Shown in pieces: positions 55,150-64,000 of a DNA stretch of 64,000 bases. Both the position numbers and the translations under genes were made by a program. Numbering within the stretch: the first letter of the stretch is position 1; each line of letters starts with the position of its first letter. The stretch comes from an uncultured Nitrososphaerota archaeon. Its GTDB lineage: Archaea > Asgardarchaeota > Njordarchaeia > Njordarchaeales > Njordarchaeaceae. Where the stretch lies: the NCBI GenBank assembly GCA_964518475.1, contig CAZFGR010000001.1, positions 46,280-110,279 on the forward strand, read 5' to 3'. The notes under the pieces were generated by a model that searched no databases, was not told the DNA's origin, and saw only the letters and a list, made by a program, of their open reading frames with translations.

Positions 55150-57945
55150 TTATTTCTTTTCTCTTTTCCTCAATAAGTATCGTTTAGGTATTTTTCCTCC
55201 GAAATATATCCATACAAATACGTATAGAATCGATAAACCAACTATAAGAGAACCCATAAGAATAGATCCGTAAGCTTCAAAGAACCTTGCAAGCACGCCT
55301 TTTCTTTCCTTAACACTAAGGCTTAGACTACCTAATAGGAATTTATCGCTAGCCCTGTATATTGTTATGTTATATTCACCCTGTTCCTTTGGAATGAAGG
55401 AGAATCGATATACCCCCACCCCTACCTCGTATAGTCCGATTTTTTCAGTGATTTCTCCCTTAGATACGTTAGCAACAATAACCAGATCACTTAAGGGCTT
55501 CTTAGTAATGTTGCAAACAACTATAAGATCAATTGTTACTTCTTCTTCAACGTAGGCTACTGGAGGCTTTATGATATTCTCTAATTCTGGGTAGCCAATT
55601 ACATTAACTCTAAGTCTATTCTTGCCATCGATTAATCTTATAATTGTCCTAGAATTGTTATGGGGTAGGAATATCTCAAACTCCAAGGAGACATTTCCTG
55701 CTGGGATATTAGGATTCACTGTGAAATTAGCTAAATATATTTTTTGGGACTCATTGTAGACTAATTTGACGATATCCCAAGTCATATTAGAGAACTCGCC
55801 AGTTCCTAGAACTTTTAAGTTAATTGATGCGTTTTCTATCCTTGCTCCGCTATTATTTGCTAATAATTCTGCATATAAGATTATTTGTTCGCCCAGTACA
55901 AACTCTAGTCCTTTAGCTTGATCTGCAAGCCTTATCGCTAAGTCATTCAGTGTTATATTAAGTTGGAAGAGTTGATACTGTTGGGCAAAGTTTTCTTGCC
56001 ATACTATTCTCAGCTCTGCAATGAAGGTTTCACTAGGAGGTAATCTTGCTGGCAATGAATCATTAATTACTAGGAGGCCTCTATCTACCCATGAGCCTTT
56101 AATTTTTATCCATGTTCCCTCTTCATACTCTAATTCCAGCGATACATTAGATCTGGAGGGGATCTCCATTCCTGAAGAATTATACCGTAAAGAGATGTTA
56201 AATTGTAGCGGGCTCCCTAGGCTGTACTCTTCCTTAAGACCCTCATAGCTAATTAATATTGAATCGTTTATCAGAATGTTTCTTCGGGCAAATGTGTGAT
56301 TGGAGCCGTGAGAATCATTTACCCTGAACTCAATTCTATAATACCCAAGAGGCGCTGTGGGCGAAACGTTCCATTTGATCTCAACGGTCTTGTTTATTAA
56401 ATCAGTATATGTAAGGACTTCCTCTTCTGAGTAATGAATTGATATGCTTACTCTTCCTTCTTGAGGAAAACTTCCATTAGCATATGTGACGTTGGTGCGA
56501 ATTAGTACACTTTCTCCCGGATGAGCAGTCTTGCTTACCAGTATTTCTAGTTGATAACCTACTCTAAACGATGCATGATACATAAAAGCTCTTTTAGCGA
56601 ATAGCGGAAATGCTTGAGATAGTTCTATGGACAGCGTAAAGTTTCCGAAACCAAGAATATTCGGAACAAATGTAACAAAATACTCAGAGACATTATCAAA
56701 TATTAGATATCCTTTTTCTCCTACTGGTTGAAGACTATATCTTAATTCAAAATTGTCGAGATCATTATTAATGAATAGAGCCTTGACTCGGACTTCGATC
56801 AATTCTGGATAATCGATGGCGATTTGCTCCCCCGGAGACACTTCATGTTCAAATTTTAGATAGTTCTCATAAATACCTGTTACTAAATAAGTTAAGATAG
56901 CCCCAAAAGCTTGGAAAATATTTTCCCCATTGGAATCTAGAGGCGATTTCTTAATGCCTCCTACAGCACTTTGGCTCTCATTGACGAAAATTATTATCTT
57001 TTCATAAAGTGACGAGTTTTCATAACCCAGCGCGTATAGTAGGTCAGTAGCTAATCCAGTTTCAAAGACTGACGGTTCTTTTTCACCGAAACCAACCCAA
57101 AAGTTATTGCTTCCCCAGTGAGCCCATTTCTTGAGAATTGTAGTAATTATCTTTTCTTTCTCCTTCTCTACAAACTGTTCATCAATAACACTTAATACCC
57201 TTATCGCAAAGAAAGTCTCTACCAAGTTACTTACAGCGGTGGAGTTGTCCTCGAAGACCCCATCCGAATAATACTTCTCCATAATCTCTGCAAGTCGGGT
57301 AAAGTTTGCTTTTTGCGACTTCAGTAGTTGCAATGCGAGAACTCCTAGAACTGTCGTGTATAGATCGGGAGAAGAATTATTCTCAGCAATGCCAGTGTCG
57401 GTTACGTGACTCAATAAGTACTGCTCAGTCCTTGTTTTATTGAAACTATCAAAGTCTACCATTGTCAAATTCATTACCATTAATGCGTACGCCGTGGCTT
57501 TAATGCTCACATTCCCTCCTATCCAATCTCTAAAGCCACCTATATCTTCTGCGTAAAGGAGCTTAAGAAAATTCGATAAATCCTCACCAGTGACATCTTC
57601 AATCTTGCCTACAAGATACAGCGCCATTATTCCATAGAACGTAGCGTTAATGTATGCATCATCATATTTTCTTAGAGGAAAGGCTCCATAGTCTGTCCTT
57701 AGAGATTCGATGTAATCAATTAATTTTTCTATATCAAGATCACTTGATTCATTAGTTTGCATCATCGTGTAGAATGGAGAAGAATGATAGTTTCTTAGCA
57801 CATTTTTGTTGTGAATTCTCACTTCTACATTTTTCTCGAAGCTCTTCTTAATGATATTCGATTGCATAGCCACTGTTGCCATAGGCACTATTAATAATAG
57901 CCATAACACAGTGACAGCCCAAGCTTTTCTCATGATCAACACCAT
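55150..57945 (-). CDS. Large secreted, C-terminally anchored surface protein with prenyltransferase-like alpha/alpha repeats and a beta-rich region
   Basis: N-terminal signal/TM (AWAVTVLWLLLIVPMATVA). Repeats have G(A/G)F aromatic signatures (DYGAFPLRKY, IGGFRDWIGG, VGGIKKSP). There are many NxS/T sequons and a C-terminal TM plus basic tail (LIVGLSILYVFVWIYFGGKIPKRYLLRKREKK). Confidence 0.5.
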   Translation of the reverse strand: MVLIMRKAWAVTVLWLLLIVPMATVAMQSNIIKKSFEKNVEVRIHNKNVLRNYHSSPFYTMMQTNESSDLDIEKLIDYIESLRTDYGAFPLRKYDDAYINATFYGIMALYLVGKIEDVTGEDLSNFLKLLYAEDIGGFRDWIGGNVSIKATAYALMVMNLTMVDFDSFNKTRTEQYLLSHVTDTGIAENNSSPDLYTTVLGVLALQLLKSQKANFTRLAEIMEKYYSDGVFEDNSTAVSNLVETFFAIRVLSVIDEQFVEKEKEKIITTILKKWAHWGSNNFWVGFGEKEPSVFETGLATDLLYALGYENSSLYEKIIIFVNESQSAVGGIKKSPLDSNGENIFQAFGAILTYLVTGIYENYLKFEHEVSPGEQIAIDYPELIEVRVKALFINNDLDNFELRYSLQPVGEKGYLIFDNVSEYFVTFVPNILGFGNFTLSIELSQAFPLFAKRAFMYHASFRVGYQLEILVSKTAHPGESVLIRTNVTYANGSFPQEGRVSISIHYSEEEVLTYTDLINKTVEIKWNVSPTAPLGYYRIEFRVNDSHGSNHTFARRNILINDSILISYEGLKEEYSLGSPLQFNISLRYNSSGMEIPSRSNVSLELEYEEGTWIKIKGSWVDRGLLVINDSLPARLPPSETFIAELRIVWQENFAQQYQLFQLNITLNDLAIRLADQAKGLEFVLGEQIILYAELLANNSGARIENASINLKVLGTGEFSNMTWDIVKLVYNESQKIYLANFTVNPNIPAGNVSLEFEIFLPHNNSRTIIRLIDGKNRLRVNVIGYPELENIIKPPVAYVEEEVTIDLIVVCNITKKPLSDLVIVANVSKGEITEKIGLYEVGVGVYRFSFIPKEQGEYNITIYRASDKFLLGSLSLSVKERKGVLARFFEAYGSILMGSLIVGLSILYVFVWIYFGGKIPKRYLLRKREKK

Positions 57946-57956
57946 TTTCTTCTTGA

Positions 57957-60323
<2,367 letters not shown>

Positions 60324-60325
60324 AG

Positions 60326-62470
60326 ATGGGAAAACTTATGACAAAGGGAGAATTGAACAAGATGATAGAAGAAATTGCAAAAAGATTTGGGATAATTGGT
60401 AGAAGACAGGAACTTGAGGAAATTCTCTTAGCTAAGGAGATCGGAAGACCTGTACTAATTGAGGGACCCGTAGGAGTCGGAAAAACGACACTAGCTAAAG
60501 CAGTAGCCTCTTATTTTCAACAAAAATTTATCCGCGTAGATGGGGATGAACGCTTTGATGAATACAAATTAGTTGGTTACTTTGAGCCTCAACTGGTTCT
60601 TAAAAAGGGATGGAACTGGGATTCATTTGTCCCCGGACCTCTAACAAAAGCTATGCTTGAAGGAGGAGTACTTTTTATCAATGAAATAAATAGGTTAAAT
60701 GAGAGTGCACAAAACGTTCTAATACCAGCTCTAGATGAAGGCATAATTGAGATACCTAAGCTTGGAGAGATTCAAGCACAAGATGGCTTCTGGGTAGTAG
60801 CAACATTGAATCCAGAAGAATATGTGGGAGTAACTCCCATTGGAGAGGCTCTGAGGGATCGATTTATATGGATAAAGCTAGATTATCAAAGCGAAGAAGA
60901 GGAAGTTGAGATTGCTTGCCTTAGAGCTAAGGTTCCGAAGAACATTGCTCAATTAGCTGTTACCGTAACACGAGCTACTCGGCGACACCCCGATATTCGA
61001 AGAGGAGCTTCTGTACGGGGAGCAATAGATTTAGCAAAGCTAATTTATATAGCGACTCCAAATAATTTGACATTGGATAAACTTAAGAGATTAGCAATCA
61101 TAGCTTTAGGAACAAAAATAGAGATTACAGAGGGATCTGAGCGAACAGTTGAAGAAATAATCAGCGAGATTGTCGAGGAAATTTACCAAAAAAACAACTT
61201 TTTTCGTGAAAAACAAGTAATAAAGAGGAATGAGCTAAATATTAAAAAAGCCTCTAACACGATTTCTTCTGCTACTTCTATTGACCAGCCATCTTTTCGA
61301 GATGACCTAGAGAATACAAATTCTCATAATTATCAGCCTAACATTGACAATGACTCTTTTGAAGAATCCAGAACCGAATCCTCTACAAACACAACTGTTT
61401 TCCTTAGTTACGCAACTCCCTCAGGATCTTTTCTTCTTCTACGCGGAACGTTAGGACATTATGGTACCCAGCTAATCAGGGCTATCAAAGAGGGTCTCGA
61501 TATAAGAAATATCATCTCTAGAATAGACTATCCTCTACCAACTGACCTTTTGGAAATGCTTACGAAAGAAGCTATAAAGTATAGAAATTTTTTGGCTTTA
61601 GCATCATTAGCTCAAATAAATCCATACATTGTAGCTAAGGTACTTGAAGAAAGTCTCTCAAAAATCGACCAGACAGATGATATAAACTTGGTTCATACTT
61701 ATTATCTTACGAAGGATTTACTAAGCGAGAAAAAAAGGCGAATTTTTGCCAGATTGGCAAAGCATATTATTATTCGTAAAGCTCTCAGAATTGCTGGTAA
61801 GCGTCCAATAAGGAGCGGCTCTATAAGGAAGAAGACTTTTTACAGGCCCAGTTTAGATTTTGATTTAGAGACAACATTTGATATAGCTCTCGACAAAATT
61901 CTCTTCGAAAATATTACACGTTGGGATTTAATAGGAATCGAAAGGCGCGAAAAAAGAACCTCTGGTGTAATAGTTCTCGATATTAGCGGTAGCATGTATG
62001 GGGAAAAAAACGTATTAGCTTGCCTTATCTCCGCACTAACCATATCTTCCCTATCTACTGATGATGAAGTAGCGTTAATAGCATTTAGTGATCAGCCCTA
62101 CGTGATAAAATCCGTGAGGGATAAAGGAGATCTATCCAAAATTCTTGACACAATTTTTGATCTTAAACCGCTGGGATTTACTAATATTTCTGCAGCTTTG
62201 AGAGAGGCTGCAAAAGAGCTTAAAAAAGCTCGTCTAAAAACACGTAAGTGGGTAATTCTCATTACTGATGGCGAATATAACAGAGGTGGTCATCCGTTAA
62301 AATGGGCCTCTCTTCTACCCCGTTTACATGTAATTCAACTTGGAGGCGGAACTCGGGGAACGATCGTTTGCAAAGAACTTAGCAAAGGGCGAGGGAAATA
62401 CATTAGGGTAAATGATATTAATTCATTGCTTGAACGCGTTAGATATCTGTTAAAGCACCCCGACAAGTGA
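60326..62470 (+). CDS. MoxR/AAA_5-type ATPase fused to a C-terminal von Willebrand A (MIDAS) domain (ChlD-like architecture)
   Basis: LIEGPVGVGKTTLAKAVA (Walker A), VLFINEINR (Walker B), ..ATLNPEE..G...I.EALRDRF. A low-complexity N/S/T linker follows. The VWA domain has VIVLDISGSMYG...LIAFSD......GFTNI..AL......ILITDGE. It starts 2 nt after the cdc48 stop. Confidence 0.75.
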   Translation: MGKLMTKGELNKMIEEIAKRFGIIGRRQELEEILLAKEIGRPVLIEGPVGVGKTTLAKAVASYFQQKFIRVDGDERFDEYKLVGYFEPQLVLKKGWNWDSFVPGPLTKAMLEGGVLFINEINRLNESAQNVLIPALDEGIIEIPKLGEIQAQDGFWVVATLNPEEYVGVTPIGEALRDRFIWIKLDYQSEEEEVEIACLRAKVPKNIAQLAVTVTRATRRHPDIRRGASVRGAIDLAKLIYIATPNNLTLDKLKRLAIIALGTKIEITEGSERTVEEIISEIVEEIYQKNNFFREKQVIKRNELNIKKASNTISSATSIDQPSFRDDLENTNSHNYQPNIDNDSFEESRTESSTNTTVFLSYATPSGSFLLLRGTLGHYGTQLIRAIKEGLDIRNIISRIDYPLPTDLLEMLTKEAIKYRNFLALASLAQINPYIVAKVLEESLSKIDQTDDINLVHTYYLTKDLLSEKKRRIFARLAKHIIIRKALRIAGKRPIRSGSIRKKTFYRPSLDFDLETTFDIALDKILFENITRWDLIGIERREKRTSGVIVLDISGSMYGEKNVLACLISALTISSLSTDDEVALIAFSDQPYVIKSVRDKGDLSKILDTIFDLKPLGFTNISAALREAAKELKKARLKTRKWVILITDGEYNRGGHPLKWASLLPRLHVIQLGGGTRGTIVCKELSKGRGKYIRVNDINSLLERVRYLLKHPDK

Positions 62471-62538
62471 AGTAATTATTCATCCAGCCTTCTTCTCGAT
62501 AAGTTTTTGAAAATCCTTGACGCTGTATATGAGGGTAT

Positions 62539-62880
62539 CTAGAAATATTTCTTCAGAAACTCATTCCATTCTTTGACCCTAACAAATGGTGGATTCGTAA
62601 CACCTTCTTCAAAAGCCTTAGTGAATTTCTTCTTTAATTCCTCGATTTTTCTTCTTAATCTATTTATAGCTCTGCGAACGGCATCCAGAGGATCTCCTTG
62701 CTTTGTTCTGACGATAAACTCTATTCTATCAAACAATGGGTGCTCTATTTTGTATGCCGCAAAATCCACATCTTCGTCCGCTAGTAATTCCACTCTTAAC
62801 GCATTAAAAAGTGTGTGAGTCTCACCATATACTTTGAAGCGGAGTACTGTGGGCCCATACTCTAATATTTCTATACGCAT
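62539..62880 (-). CDS. rpo11: DNA-directed RNA polymerase subunit Rpo11 (RpoL)
   Basis: MRIEILEYGPTVLRFKVYGETHTLFNALRVELLADEDVDFAAYKIEHPLFDRIEFIVRT..GDPLDAVRRAI; the Rpo11 signature GE.HTL.N.LR..L....V.FA.Y...HP. The ATG at 62880 is preferred to the track start at 62949. Confidence 0.8.
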   Translation of the reverse strand: MRIEILEYGPTVLRFKVYGETHTLFNALRVELLADEDVDFAAYKIEHPLFDRIEFIVRTKQGDPLDAVRRAINRLRRKIEELKKKFTKAFEEGVTNPPFVRVKEWNEFLKKYF

Positions 62881-63122
62881 TTTTTGGGATCGAGGCTTCC
62901 ACCATGGAGTAGAGCCGTAGTACTTTATAAGATCCGTCAAGGTGCCCACCTTCTATGTTACCTAACGTACGATATTGAAATATCCTAAGTCTCATGATAT
63001 ATATCTCTTATCATCCATACATAATATAGATACTCTCTATTAGGGTGATTTAACTGGGGTTAGCTGAAATACGGAAAAGATTAGAGACCACGGGCCTAAA
63101 AGAAAAGAAGAAATACAAAAAA

Positions 63123-63704
63123 ATGATCTCTGATTTTGAAAATGTGATAAAGAAGCTAGAGGAAGTTATAAAAGCCATAGAAGATTTCGAGAAAAAATGG
63201 GGAAAAACTGTTGAATTTAAGGAATTTGATCTCCACCAAATAGTGGTTCCTCTGAAAAAGCGACCAAGTCTTCTTGATAGAATAACTGGCAAATATTATT
63301 CGGATCTCGCTCTTGAAATTCTGAGTGTTGCCGATAACGATAAACTATCGCTCATAAGTGTAGGAGATTTAATTATGAGGGTGAAGAAATCGATTCCGTA
63401 TGCCAATACAGATGACGTCCTGAAAGCGCTTGATATATTAAAGAGGAAGGGATTAGTTACCGACTTATTCCGGGAAGGTGGTGTATTGTATGTGGAATTT
63501 CCCACAATTTATGAGGATATAAGAAGACTTATCCAATTATTCAAGCAAGAGAGAAAAGAGTATATTACCTTGGAAGAAGCTGCCGAGAAACTTGATTGGA
63601 GTTTAGTGAAGGCATATAGAGTATTAGAGAGAATGGTAGAGCTTGGAATATTAGTTCGAGAGAATTTTCCTAGGAGATATTGGTTGATAAAGAAGACAAG
63701 ATAA
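63123..63704 (+). CDS. Vps22/SNF8-like ESCRT-II subunit (EAP30 tandem winged-helix protein)
   Basis: GKYYSDLALEILSV....LSLISVGDLIMRVKKS....NTDDVLKALDILKRKGLVTDLFREGGVLYVEFP......ITLEEAAEKLDWSLVKAYRVLERMVELGILVRENFPRRYWL parallels human SNF8 (from memory) GDFYYELGVQIIEV...GGLITLEELHQQV......VSQDDLIRAIKKLKALG.GFGIIPVGGTYLIQSVP....YVTVSEIKASLKWETERARQVLEHLLKEGLAWLD...HYWL. Confidence 0.6.
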   Translation: MISDFENVIKKLEEVIKAIEDFEKKWGKTVEFKEFDLHQIVVPLKKRPSLLDRITGKYYSDLALEILSVADNDKLSLISVGDLIMRVKKSIPYANTDDVLKALDILKRKGLVTDLFREGGVLYVEFPTIYEDIRRLIQLFKQERKEYITLEEAAEKLDWSLVKAYRVLERMVELGILVRENFPRRYWLIKKTR

Positions 63705-63783
63705 GTATTATTTTCACTAGAGAATGCTTATTTGGATGATTGAAAAAGTAGGGAATGAACAACATTAGATACTTCGTTCTGAA

Positions 63784-63883
63784 TGGCGGGCCCGGCGGGA
63801 TTTGAACCCGCGACCTACGGCTCTCCGCGTGGGATAACTCGACTCCGCAGGCCGTCGCTCTATCCAGGCTGAGCTACGGGCCC
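63784..63883 (-). tRNA. tRNA-Arg(GCG) with a 22-nt intron at 37/38, CCA encoded
   Basis: Reverse complement: GGGCCCG TA GCTC AGCCTGGATA GAGC G ACGGC CTGCGG[agtcgagttatcccacgcggag]A GCCGT AGGTC GCGGG TTCAAAT CCCGC CGGGCCC G CCA. The intron is 63823..63844. The BHB central helix is CTGC/GCGG with bulges GG|A and AG|A. Confidence 0.85.
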
Positions 63884-64000
63884 AATATCTGTATATCTGT
63901 TATGATGTTTCGAATATTTCTTACATCTGAGTAGATTATTTTAAACTTAACCGATGCTTTTTCCGAAGTAAGTTTTATTTTTAATCAGAGAGGGACCATT

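Noticed and set aside
63736-63783. C/D-like string ggATGATTGaaaaag...cgttCTGA upstream of tRNA-Arg
   Set aside because: The C box lacks the second GA, there is no C'/D' pair, and the guide spacing does not fit the 12-nt geometry.

Overview
This is an AT-rich, very gene-dense chromosomal segment from a thermophilic archaeon, judged from I/K/E-rich proteins, archaeal and eukaryote-type informational genes, and BHB-type tRNA introns. It is mostly core housekeeping. There is a partial ribosomal protein cluster (uL22-uS3-uL29-Rpp29-uS17-uL14-uL24-eS4-uL5), a separate uL15-SecY pair, eS24-eS31 and eL13. It also carries EF-1alpha, proteasome alpha and beta, Cdc48, an SMC operon, primase PriL, TFE, Rpo11, aIF6, Nob1, FAU-1, PyrE/PyrF, RpiA, TIM and tungsten AOR with a ferredoxin and MoaD. 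I find three tRNAs (two with introns) and two to three C/D box sRNAs. I saw no rRNA, CRISPR array, transposase or provirus. Five things stand out. (1) The EF-1alpha gene is interrupted by a 31-nt GC-rich element that folds as a near-perfect bulge-helix-bulge motif, and removing it restores the canonical C-terminus, so it is a candidate protein-gene BHB intron. (2) There is a dispersed UFM1-type conjugation set: a single-Gly beta-grasp modifier and a UBA5-like E1 sit inside the SMC/PriL/Sec61beta gene string, and a UFC1-like E2 is translationally coupled to a radical SAM enzyme, an unknown protein and an eIF2B-family protein. (3) A full-length Vps22/SNF8 (ESCRT-II, EAP30) homologue is present. 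(4) The tunnel-exit proteins uL22 and uL24 carry near-identical acidic C-terminal tails. (5) There is a PUA-NSUN homologue without catalytic cysteines, and a Cdc48/AAA-VWA gene pair. The eukaryote-like content suggests an Asgard-type or deep TACK lineage, but no phylogenetic marker here lets me prove that. All homology calls come from motif recognition by eye and need HMM or structure confirmation.
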